A DNA stretch of 64,000 nt, taken from assembly GCA_030141605.1 (NCBI GenBank), contig JAQGDQ010000389.1, positions 15,653-79,652 on the forward strand. Direction: 5' to 3'. Below the pieces are notes generated by a model. The model made no database searches. It had not been told where the DNA came from and saw nothing but the letters and a program-made list of their open reading frames with translations. Source of the stretch: Tubiluchus corallicola. Lineage: Eukaryota > Animalia > Priapulida. The first letter of the stretch is position 1. Each line of letters starts with the position of its first letter. Positions 24,046 through 35,756 of this stretch are shown piece by piece. The translations under genes were made by a program, and so were the position numbers.

Positions 24046-26559
24046 AACTTTAACTTATTTTAGTCGCAATGTATATGGATGTTTCTTCTTCCTCTACAAG
24101 CACCTGAAGCAATGGATTCTTTTATCTATTTGATGCCGTTACCTTAGGTACTAAAAGTGCAAAACCAACGTAGAACCAAAACTGCAACATTTTATTTAAG
24201 TTTACTAATTTCATCTGCAAACTGAAGCTTGCACAAGTCTCATTAGATTACATCATCATGATTAAGTATTAGGCATCCACAATTGTACACAGGGTCCGAT
24301 TTATTTTAGGGCTGCCACCACTCTTGATTTAGCACAGAGTATCCCAAATTTCAGCCACGAATTCGTAGTTTAGTTGCATTTTTGAAAAATTTTAAAATCA
24401 CCTGATTTTAGCCAGCACATTGAAATTAATAATAAATACAACCTGCCTCGCTGATGACACTGAAAATAAATTTGTATAAGTTTAAGTTAAAAACGGTAGG
24501 TTTACCGGATGATTGTGTAAACATTAGTTCAGAATAAAGAATGCTCTAAAATATTGAAAACTACAATAGTTTTTTTTAAATCAAAGCTTAGATTAAATAG
24601 TAATTACCTCGGATACTCAAATCTCGCAAAACTTTCAAAGCTACGTGCGGCTCAGTGAATTTACTAAGATTGGCAGAGAATTTTCTAAGCTTTGTTTACA
24701 ACGAGTGTTCTTGCCCTTTAAAAAAATCACCTGGTTAAGTTCAATTATTTACATCAAAAACACACCATGAGCAAGTTGTACATGTTAGAAAAAGCGAAAA
24801 TTGAAGTACAGTGCTACTGTAAAATATTACGTGTGTTGTATTAAAACTAAGCAAGTTTTAAGATAAAAATTCAAATCTCAAATTTACCACTGTGCTCACG
24901 CATGAGCTGTCGAACGTGCAACTCGTCACAATGTGAAATATTGTTTAGGTGAAATAATTGTTGCGCGTAAGTCATTCTTGAAGAATCTATGTTTCCTTTC
25001 AATATTTTAAAGAGTAGGTTGTTTTGGCCTACAGTTTAAGATTGGTGGTGTTCCTTTAACTAGCAAAGAAAATGTTTGCTGCTTTATATTTTTTGAATCT
25101 GGTATATTGTTTTGCCACATCAAACTAGTTTGGTTCATTTATTTTTTATCATTGTATCATTATATGTGTGCTTGCATAGCAAAATCATCCATAACTCGGC
25201 AGTTAATTCTTCTAGTTTGTCACATATCTTGTATCTCCATTGCATGAGGATTATTTTGATACCCAGGTCATTGTTCTAAGCTGAGATAATCCACATTGAA
25301 GTTGAGGTGCAGACTGCATACTGAAAAACATGATCTTGAGAAAATCACTTCTTAAAGTTAGCCATTGTTTTTGTCACGTTTCCACAAAATACTTAGCAAC
25401 TACACAAATGTTGGTTGCTACGGACTTTGCAAAAACATATTGAAGTCATTTTTAAAACTCTTCCTGATGAAGATCTGGGCTTGGCAACAGAAAAAACCTG
25501 AGGCAAAATGTCAGCTTCCACGAGCTACAATTGGAGTTTTTTACAATGGCATTACTAGTTTCTAAACAGAAAAAAGAGTAAGGAATTATAAAACTTAATC
25601 ATTAGGGTTTTTCGAACACTTTTTCGATAATCTGATGCTAGAATACAAAAGTAGCGTATATATATTTAATAGCGTGTATTATATGAATATATTTTGCATA
25701 GCTTTCATAGACTACGAAAAATTGTCATTTGACTAAATTTTTTGGTCATTCTACTTTGAAGCATCATAACACAGTTTTAACTATGACGACTTATGGAAAG
25801 TTTTGGTCTGCAAGCACACATATCTTTTTATGTATTTGTTTCTTCCATCCCAGCTTAAATTGTCACTCAAATTTTTCTACTAACGTTAACTAGAACGTTG
25901 GCTGATTCGCTTACCTTTACAATTTTTTCGCCACCCTTTCTCTAAGCTACTAACAACTTATTTTATTTTATATGTTTAAAATTCTTGTTAAATATTTAAA
26001 GCACAGTTACCAGAGATAAATAAATTTACGTGAATTGAAACCTATTGTCTGTAAATGTAATATAGCAACAATGGACATGCAATACAAAGAAATATGCAGG
26101 ATCTGAGAAGTAATCCTAATAGTGGGCATACTGCAATCAACACAATAATTATAGTATAGCATGAATTAGCACTACATAGACAGTTAATGAACATAGGCCA
26201 CCATGCACATGTATTGGTCTACCGTGTTATTAAAGGAGAAAAACAAAACAGGTAACATAAATGAATAAATACATTATGTAGTAAAACGCTAGTGGCAATA
26301 AATACTACGAAGGAAAAAACAGTATAGTACTTGATACACCTAGACTATAACTAGCATTTTCAATGGTTTATCGTAATTTTAATAACATCCTACATAATTA
26401 CTTCAAAGTTCAAATCATAATCTTTGAATAATCAAAGCACAAAACTTTGTAGCTACCAATTGAAACTCAAGCCAACAAAGCTGACGTAATGAGACAGTAC
26501 CTAGAAAACTATTTGATAAAATTTCTTAAATTTTAACACTGCAGATATTTACCACACCA

Positions 26560-26700
26560 TTACAAACGGAAGTTTTAATTAGCGCATGCGTACACAAAGC
26601 GAAACCAACGTGGCATTACATCCCATAATCCATCCCGATTCAAAACAAGAAAGCAGTAACCGGAAGTTGCCACAGGAGCGAGCTAATAAGCGCCAAACTC
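26560..26700. promoter_or_regulatory. Probable housekeeping-type promoter for the minus-strand gene
   Basis: Cluster of CGGAAGT (26567), GCGCATGCG (NRF1-like, 26582), TACATCCCATAATCC (ZNF143/SBS-like) and CCGGAAGT (ETS, 26660), locally CpG-richer. A possible minus-strand donor (tag|gtactg) lies at ~26500. Confidence 0.5.
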
Positions 26701-29541
26701 AGTAAGCTTAGCAGACGATAAACGTATACTCTCAGGAAAATTTACTACAAGGTTTCTAGTTGCATAAATTTTTATAACTAATAATGTAAGTTATTATAAC
26801 GATACCTATCCCAAATCCTGATGGCCTTATCTAAAGGCCACATGGTAGTAACCCTAAAATTACCCTACTTATTTCATGCATGCTTAAAATCTACCTGGCA
26901 TCATTGAACAATAAAATAAACGTACGTTGAGTATTACGTCGGCGAAAAGAAGTGCAAAAGCGAAAATTATTAGCAATGTCAGCTAGTTTGTCTACATCCT
27001 AAAGACTTAAAATACAAAATTCAGATACACTGCAATATTTAATTTTAAACAGAACTTAAGATGAAAGACTCGGCCAATCAGCACTATAATGATTCTGATT
27101 ATGATGTTCAATTTTGTGGCTTACATGTTCCAATTATTGTGGACCACGATAATTGCTAAAGAAAAAGATAGACAAAACATTATGTAACAAGTAGTTTAAG
27201 TGGCATAAAGTTATTGACTACTAGTCTACCCGTGTGCTGGTCAGCTCTTGCTGCTTGATCATCCAAGCCAGGGCATGTTCTGTTTGTAACTCTTAGAGGA
27301 CATACGTAAACGTCGGTATGTTCGCATTTGTACTTAGACTAGGATGCACAGTGCAGGCATGTTTTGTTCTAATTTTGTTGAATGCAAACTCGCGAAAAAT
27401 ATCAATAGTGGCGCTGGGAAGAGAATTTAGGCTGTCTGACACCACCTTGTTCCATCTCTCTGTCTCTCTCTTTCTCTTGTCATTTTTGAAACATTAGCAC
27501 TAGACACTGTAAGAGATATAATCTTTTACAACCGGATTTTACTATTCATTTTATGTAATTATGAAAATTCCTGGAAAATTGTTAATTTTGTGCACAGTAT
27601 CATTCTAAAATAATCAAAAAGACGTTACTTTTTACTGTATCAGTAATCTTAAGTCCAAACAACTAGAATAGCAAACAATGCAAAACTGTGAATGACCCAC
27701 TTTATAATACCACATTATTTTATCAATTTTTTTAGCTCTATACGTACGTTAGTTATCCACAATTGAGCTCGTTAAAGCACAAGAAACCCTTCACTTACAT
27801 AAAGCTTAAGAAATTCCTCCTGAAATTTTATACCACTTACATGCTGCCTTTTTGTATGTTAGAGCTGCGTCGGCAATAACGCTGTATAAAGCATGTAAAT
27901 TCAAACTCCCGCGATGACTCCCGCGAATATTGTTAATAATATTGTTGTTTTTAAAAACTATTTTTAATAAAAAGTTTCTAGTGTGAAAATTTAAAATAAA
28001 AAATTCTTAAAATCTTCTTCTTTAATTTGCCATCATGGTAATGTCATTCAGTTAATAATCAGCGTTAATAATCAATAATGAAAGCAACAACTCAGTTATG
28101 TAACTTATTGGAGCTTAAAACATTGAGCTGTATATTTCGACAGGCTTGTTTTTCGTGGTTTTGTAGTTTTACAATTATGCTTATTTTTCTACTGTATTAT
28201 GCTTATAGGATAATTAATTGTGTGCTGTACAGTGTAATGTGTCAATATTATCATTATTTTTGTTCAGCTTTGTGAATATATGACAGTGTGTTATGTGGGC
28301 AAAAAATCAATATTATGCTTTTTTGTACTGAAATACATGCCTATTTTTGTACGCATTATAGTATGATGATTATGTGCTGTACAATGGTCAGTATTATGGT
28401 TATTTTTTGTGCTGCATTATGTTTATAATAAATAAATAAATAAATATAGCACATCACAAGCAAGTAAGAAGTTTCCTGACCATAGGTACATTAAGTACAT
28501 GACATACCTGTAATTAATTTTGGTTATTATGTGGCACTATACATTTAAATACCTACATATTATGTCTATGAAAATAAATTTAAATGTCTCTTGTTATACA
28601 CATACAAATGATGCTACCTTTCACTTGTAATAAGTAAAACTGTTCACGAAAAGAAGTTACAAAACCAGCTTTCTAATTCTTTTGTAAACAAATGTACTTT
28701 TGGTAAAGATTGACAGTGCTCTACTTATCTTCAAGAAGAATGACCTCATTGGAAGAAAAAATGGGTTTTGAAAATAGGAGCAGCAAACCATGAGATGATT
28801 GCGACTTTAAAATAATTTTACTAATTACACAAAGGCAGTTACAGCAGTTTTATTACTAAGTCTTACGTCCATGTTTTTTGCAAACTCTGAACATACTTGT
28901 CTTTGCTTTTAATGAATTTGGCGGCAAATAAAGTTATAAGTCGAGCAGATATTATCATTTTGATGGGTTGAATATTCGAATCTTTCCATTGCGAGTTTTC
29001 TGATATATGTTTTGAATTTTGCTAATTTTTCAGTTTACTTAAAACAGGGATCGCAGGAATGTGCAATGTGCCAGGAATAAACAGGACGTTACAGAGCATT
29101 AAACCTTTTGTCTTCATTTCAAATTTGTGGTAAAATCAAAGCTAACTATGCAGAAATAATTTTGATGATGTTACTTCATTAAGTGAATGTAGTAGTAAAG
29201 GGGTTGGTGAAAGCATCAAGGTTTGCACAGAACTGTCTGGGTTATAGAAAAATTATGACAGGTGGGGACATGAATGGATGCTGTGAGGATGAATGATGTT
29301 TAAACAAGCATTTTGCAAACGATTATCGTTTACCCGCACCAGTAGAGCGGGGCGTAAAACACCACCGAAATCACAGCGCCCACAATGAAGTCTTCGTGCG
29401 AATAAATTGAATTGAATAGAATTGAATTGTGGGAACAAGCAATGTACAATTGAATTGTCCAGCTCCAGGTTTCGCACGCATTATTTATTTATTGGTACAC
29501 CTGAAATAACGTGCTAAAAGTGCATAGTATTTGTTACAAAA

Positions 29542-29686
29542 ATGTTTAATGAAACTAGAAGAGAGGTCGTCGCGCATTCTAAATTGCAAGACGCTTTTCA
29601 AGCCATTCAAGACCACGAGGAAAAGACAAAATTTCATTATGTGGTTAATCAACATCAAAAGCGCTTTAATGATGATGGTGGTATCG
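29542..29686 (+). CDS. CARF-like / MULE-derived gene, exon 1
   Basis: aaaATG...ATCG|gtaaga; MFNETRREVVAHSKLQDAFQAIQDHEEKTKFHYVVNQHQKRFNDDGGI; 145 nt, phase 1, matches exon 2. Confidence 0.7.
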
Positions 29687-29789
29687 GTAAGAGTAATTTT
29701 GGCCTAGATTTATGTTGATCTATCAAGGCTGCTTGGGTTTTTCAACTTGCTTGATATTTGATCATTTACCAAAAGTAATATCTAGTATT

Positions 29790-29855
29790 TACATCAGCAG
29801 ATCAATTTAAGAAGAAACTAGACATGTATTGGGAAGACCATCCAATGAAGCTCCA
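29790..29855 (+). mobile_element. Short CR1-like LINE 3' remnant
   Basis: Translates SADQFKKKLDMYWEDHP, resembling the CR1 ORF2 C-terminal FK..LD..W motif. Confidence 0.4.
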
Positions 29856-30634
29856 CGATCCGTTCAAGTCTGACTGGAATCTAAACGTTTTTCAAAATCC
29901 AATCGTTCTGCAACATTTGAGTTTATTATAAACCGACATATCTGTCATGTTTGCCATACTACCACTGATCTTGCTTCCTTACCATACCACGACACCTGTC
30001 CGCTGGGTTTCACCTCCACTTGAGAGACAACTTTAGAGAGATAACATAAGTTTAAAATGCGTGAGAGAAAACGTGTGATAAAATAGGTAACACTTAGTAA
30101 CCATATAAAAGTGTGGTTGCTATCGACTTTTGCAAGAGCACATTGAAATTATGTTCAAATCCAGTAGATGGCTCTTCGTGATTTTGGCTTATCAACAGGA
30201 AAAAACATGAAGCAAAATCACTGCTTCTACGAACTACTTTCGGAGTTTGAAAATACAAGTCTTTAGTAAATTCAATACTAATTTCTAGACAGAAAAATGG
30301 GTATATATAAAGGGGTTATAAAATTGAATTTCTTGTATATTTTCGACATTTTCTTGATAATTTGACGCTAGAATATAAAAGTCCTAATACACTTAGTGTA
30401 AGCATTAATACTAGACCAAAATTAACATTAGACCAAAATTTTGGTGCTGTCTACTTTGAAGCATCAAAATGTAATTTTAACTATACCGACTTATGGATGG
30501 TTTTGGTTTGCAAAGTGCATACATTTTGGTTATTATTACCTATTATTTTGTCCGAAAGATATAATAAACTATATGCATTATGAAAATGTTTTCAGAATTC
30601 TGTAAAACAGACATTCGGGGGCCTATATATATAT

Positions 30635-31099
30635 AAACTGCATATGATATGAAAAACTACTACGACATGATATGAAACTGCATATGATGTGAAAAACTAC
30701 TATGACATGATATGAAACTGCATATGATATGAAAAACTACTATGACATGATATGAAACTGCATATGATGTGAAAAACTACTATGACATGATATGAAACTG
30801 CATATGATATGAAAAACTACTATGACATGATATGAAACTGCATATGATATGAAAAACTACTATGACATGATATGAAACTGCATATATATGATATGAAAAA
30901 CTACTATGACATGATATGAAACTGCATATGATGTGAAAAACTACTATGACATGATATGAAACTGCATATGATGTGAAAAACTACCATGACATGATATGAA
31001 ACTGCATATGATGTGAAAAACTACCATGACATGATATGAAACTGCATATGATGTGAAAAACTACTATGACATGATATGAAACTGCATATGATATGAAAA
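30635..31099. repeat. 40-bp minisatellite, ~11.5 copies, in intron 1 of the CARF-like gene
   Basis: Unit aactgcatatgat(a/g)tgaaaaactactatgacatgatatga. Confidence 0.95.
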
Positions 31100-31161
31100 A
31101 TAAGTAATAATCCGGTGTTGAAAGCTTTGTGAACAACATGTAAGTCTGATTTACATTTCAG

Positions 31162-31343
31162 ATGTACCAAATGGAGTGAAAATTCATTGGCAAATTTCGT
31201 CCCGGAAAGAAAATCGTTTGCCAATTGAATTTGATGGCATTCCTTTTGTCTTCTTGGGCAAGAAAACATATGCTTGCCATCATGGCAGAGACAGAGGACT
31301 GTCAGTGAAGAAGAAATGGAAAAAAGATAAGGACTGGCGTATG
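31162..31343 (+). CDS. CARF-like gene, exon 2
   Basis: tttcag|ATGTA...CGTATG|gtgagg; IEFDGIPFVFLGKKTYACHHGRDR resembles the CARF FDGIPFV...CQYG motif; phase 1 to 0. Confidence 0.85.
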
Positions 31344-31691
31344 GTGAGGCCCAACACTTTTTCTTTCCTATTGCTAAAACTAAATGGCCATAAGTGGGAA
31401 CGTACAATTAAACTACATATCCGTTTAATTAAAGCAACTTCTAGCCTTTTACTAAAAGTGTTAATACCATTTTAAGCAATAGCATCACTATGTGAACAAC
31501 TAACAGAATTTAGTGGAACAAAATTTAGAGAAGATTCATAACAATGAGCCTTTTCATAGTTCCAGTGATTGAAGATGATCATTTTACATGTTTAACAATG
31601 AATAACAGATGATTATTATACATGCTTTTGCTTTTCGACCGCTTGCAGTTTAAATCACAGTTCAAGATGGTAAATTTTACTTTGTTTTCAG

Positions 31692-31802
31692 AGAAAAGAA
31701 AACGTGTTTATAAAGAGTCGGCTTCTGAAACAACCTACAAAAAAGATGGGCTGCCCGGCTTTGATAGAAATTAAGAAGCTCGTTAAATTCCCAGAATTTA
31801 AG
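31692..31802 (+). CDS. CARF-like gene, exon 3
   Basis: ttttcag|AGAAAA...TTTAAG|gtgacc; TKKMGCPALIEIKKLVKFPEFK resembles CARF CPARIYIKKVQKFPEY; 111 nt, phase 0 to 0. Confidence 0.85.
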
Positions 31803-32254
31803 GTGACCGGAATGTGTGTTACTGCAGTATTTCATCTTGCCTAAGGGTAGTAGTTTGCATGGTAGCCTAATCAGAATTGCTGTGAATATTATCTTTCTTT
31901 TCATTGTTGTGAATATTGTCTTTCTTTTCTGGATTAGTAAGAAAATGGGTGAACTTTAACTGAAACTTGCTTTATACATTTGTGTCTAAAATGTGTTTGG
32001 TTTTTTATGAAACCACACAAGACAGCAAGAAATATTTACCGCATAAATATATACAGTAAACTACGTGTACCTCGAACATCTCGGGACCAGAAAATTTGTT
32101 CATGTTATGCGAGAGAATGAGTTAGAAGATGTTCGTAAGAGAACAAGATTGAGTCACTCATCAATGTCGGACAATGCATTAGAAAAACTACAGTCTATGA
32201 AAGTGATAACCCCGAGACTTGAATCAAAATATCAAACAACAATTTTGATGAATA

Positions 32255-33178
32255 CCGTATATACTCGCATATAAGCCGAATTTAGAACTATAAAATACAA
32301 TACTGAAATCAGGGGGTCGACTTATATGCGCATGAAACAAAATGAACACAAGGACAGACACTAATGCCAATTTTCCAGCCACACATTTTCATCGCTATCT
32401 GACTCTTTATTTGGTTGTGTGTCACCGGTGGTGTATTGGAGGGGGATCGTGGGGGATCGCCGTCCACCCACTTTTTTTTTAGAAAAAATTCACATTTCAA
32501 TAAATGTCTGCTTTTTGTATTCATTAGATAAAAAATATTAAAAATGTATACAGGTTTAATATTAAATCTACTTTTTTTCATTTTTTCAAAAAACGGTTTT
32601 AAATAGTGTCAATTTCTTTCAAATTTGTGAATGTAAAATGGTAAGTCTTGAGACTAGCCGTCCACCTACTTTTTATTTAGCAATACACCACTGTGTGTCA
32701 CCAGTTGCGAGCCGTAACCAAGCCGACGTCATCAGCCACGTTTTCTGAACAGACACTCTATAAGTTTGAGACAAAGACGATGAGGGTGGTAGTGACAATG
32801 ATTTTGAAGGTTTCTAATTATTTTTAAGAACACTACGTTAAATTATAAACAGAAATGTTATAATTTTTTGTGAATAAATAGAAAACAAAATATTTTCTTC
32901 TTTATTCATATCAAAATGTATAATTTCTTCTATTTCTTCTAGTATGTAACATAAAAGTAAGCATTTTACATCTTTATAGTAAAAAATTTCTATGAACCAA
33001 AAATACCCAATTAACAAAATGTGACAAAAAGGGATCAATTTTGTTGATTGGGTATGGAGTAAAATTAGACAAGTTGATGGTCGGCTTATATACGGGTTTT
33101 TGCAAAAACTGGCCATTTTAAAGCAGTTTTAAGGGGTCGGCTTATATGCGATGTAGGCTTATATGCGAGTATATACGG
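32255..33178. mobile_element. Tc1/mariner-type MITE (TA TSD)
   Basis: ta|CCGTATATACTCGCATATAAGCC ... GGCTTATATGCGAGTATATACGG|ta, a perfect 23-bp TIR; internal g(g/a)cttatat(g/a)cg repeats. Confidence 0.9.
32426..32693. mobile_element. hAT-type MITE nested in the mariner-type MITE
   Basis: TIR CGGTGGTGTATTG / CAATACACCACTG; perfect 8-bp TSD tgtgtcac at 32418-32425 and 32694-32701. Confidence 0.9.
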
Positions 33179-33388
33179 TAATCAAAAATAGAATGATTGG
33201 TCCACCTCTACTGTAGTCTGAGTAGAATGATCAATAGAATTTGGCAGTAATAATGTTGTGATCTAGTTATTAAATCATGTTCTTTGAGCCATGTTGTGTG
33301 CAGCATTCTGTAAAGGTAACACAAGAAATCTTACTGTATTATATATTTTAACTGCCACACTTATCTTCAACTGCTATTTCTGTTGCAG

Positions 33389-33535
33389 GTTTGTGATACA
33401 TCGAGAGCTGCCAAGAATCAGAAGATTAAAAATTTGAAGGATGCGTTGAAGAGGGATCCTCAACCAAAGATGGATGTAAAGTATATCACCTCAATTCCAG
33501 ACAAAGATGATCACAAGTATCACCATAATGGTGAG
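33389..33535 (+). CDS. CARF-like gene, exon 4
   Basis: gttgcag|GTTTGT...GGTGAG|gtaaa; ...KYITSIPDKDDHKYHHNGE carries the P...HxxH motif; 147 nt, phase 0 to 0. Confidence 0.85.
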
Positions 33536-33646
33536 GTAAAATTATTAGAGTAGAAAAAATCATAACTTTGTCAGAATTGACATTACCAATAAGTGTGTTT
33601 TTGTATTACCCCATTTCACATTGCTTTCTAGTAAATAATCTATTAA

Positions 33647-34195
33647 AGGAAGACCGGACGATTGTTTAGACTCAATCTCATTTTAATTTACTGTGCAAAA
33701 TATACGTTTTCTTGCCTATAAAAGTTAACAATTGTTCCTTATATTTGAATAATTAGCTTAGAAAGTTAATTAATGGCAATGGAACGCAGCTGTTGTTTAT
33801 GTCAGCAACTAACCACAGCTTGTGCAATGGCAGGCATCTTCTCTTGCATGTCAAGTACATTTACATAGGTGTTACAGTACTGTTTAAACGCATGATGTCA
33901 CGAAAATGGGCTTTACATCATATGACGTCATGAAACTAACACTGCAGTTCATGATTAAGGTTATCACGGTACCGCCTTCTATTTGTCGGCCATGCGAATG
34001 TGACAAAAAGACGCCATTGCCAATCTTAGTAGATTCACTGAGCTGCATGTAGCTTTGAAAGTTTGACGAAATTTGACTATCCGAGGTAATTATTATTTAA
34101 TCTAAGTTTTGATTTAAAATAATCTATTGTAGTTTTCAATATTTTAGAGCATTCTTTATTCTGAACTCGTGTTTACACAATCATCCGGTTTTCCT
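33647..34195 (+). mobile_element. Kolobok-like MITE family 1, 549 bp
   Basis: ttaa|AGGAAGACCGGACGATTGT ... ACAATCATCCGGTTTTCCT|ttaa; homologous to 22559-23106. Confidence 0.85.
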
Positions 34196-34349
34196 TTAAA
34201 CTGCAAATTAGTTTGTCTAGTTTAACACTATTGCCTACAGCAGTCTTTAACTGGTTATACATACAATATTTTCATGTATTCACATTATCATACCTGTAAA
34301 TGTGTGTAACTTGTGCAATAAAGATTATATATATTTATATATATATGTA

Positions 34350-34796
34350 TCGGATATAAGGGACACCTCGGGACCAGAAAAAAAACTGTCCTTTATATCC
34401 GAAGTTAAGACAGACTGAGGGGGTATGTAGACCTGTACTTTTACCTATATTTCTATGGATTATTGCTGCACATTCAGTACAAATGGTATGTAGAAAGCTC
34501 CTTCAGTGATTCGAGATGTATGGAAACAGAGCTGTTCGAAGGCCGAGTTTGAGAAAAGTTGAGGTTAAAAATCGATCAATTTTGCTTTGATCATAGGGTC
34601 CTTTATATGTGAGGTAATTTACCTGGGTTTCTGTTACGCGGGACCTGAAGATATTGTCCCTTATAATAATGTCGAAAATCCCTTATATCCGAGTACCTCA
34701 TATACGAAGATTTTTACATAGGAAAAACGTTACGAAAAATCAGGACCGGTGTTGGTGGTCCCGTATAAGCGAGTACCTTATACCCAAGGTTGACTG
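34350..34796. mobile_element. pogo/Tigger-like MITE, left end damaged
   Basis: Ends ggttgaCTG|ta; internal inverted cggatataaggga / tcccttatatccg and gggacc / ggtccc motifs. Confidence 0.55.
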
Positions 34797-35756
34797 TATA
34801 TGCATTTGAAGCTTATCATACTGCCCCTGCTATAATGCCAACTTCTTCTTGTCATAATGCAGAATACATCCAACGTTGCCTATCAACATCCACCAACATA
34901 CCTGCTGTGTCAAATCTATCTTTTTTAAATCAACCACATTGTAATGATAGTAGAAACAATGGCCCTTGTACAAAAAAGCAGCGGTGATATTTAGAGATTT
35001 AAGTATTGTGTAGCAAATGACTGTTGGAAAGTGAATATTGAGGCCTTGAGCAAGCTTGTCACACATGTTTTGAGTGAGACATGAATTGAATAATTATGTT
35101 TCAAAACTGAACGAATGTGAATTAAAGACTGTTAAAGCTGCTATTTGTACTGCAAGGCTTGGTAGCCCCACTCGCTTTATATAACCTTTTGGCATAATTA
35201 AAGTTTTACTAGAATGGCATAACAAATATCAGCAGGCAAAATTCTTGGCTAAAGAATCTTCTGAATCAGGGTCGTTACAAAACCGGAACTGGGTCCGATT
35301 TCCGTCACCGAAATTAGTGGTTTTGGTTTCAGCCAACTTCCGCTAAAAGTGGTCCAGTAAGCAACAAAAACAACACTTGCTTAAAGCCACATTCATAGAG
35401 TTTTTGCCTGAAATGTCAAGCTCAGCTCAGCAAATGCATCGCAGTCATTTGTAATAAATCGATGTCGTTGAATTCAGCTACTTACACATTCATGGAAAAC
35501 CTTCATTGAATTATGTTTGACAAATATTTCGTTCATCAAAAAAACTAAAAATTTTGTTTCTGTGGGAAACCATTACAGTTCTGGTTCTGGCTACCTAGAT
35601 CTCCATAACAGCTTTATTCTGATGCAGTGTTACAATGATAACATAAATTTAGATAAAAAATTGAAATAAACAACTGGTCCGGGTACTGCCTCAGTGATAA
35701 AAAGTGCTGTGCAAACGAAGTAACAAAAGTTTATAAGCAAATCTTGCACTTTGTAT

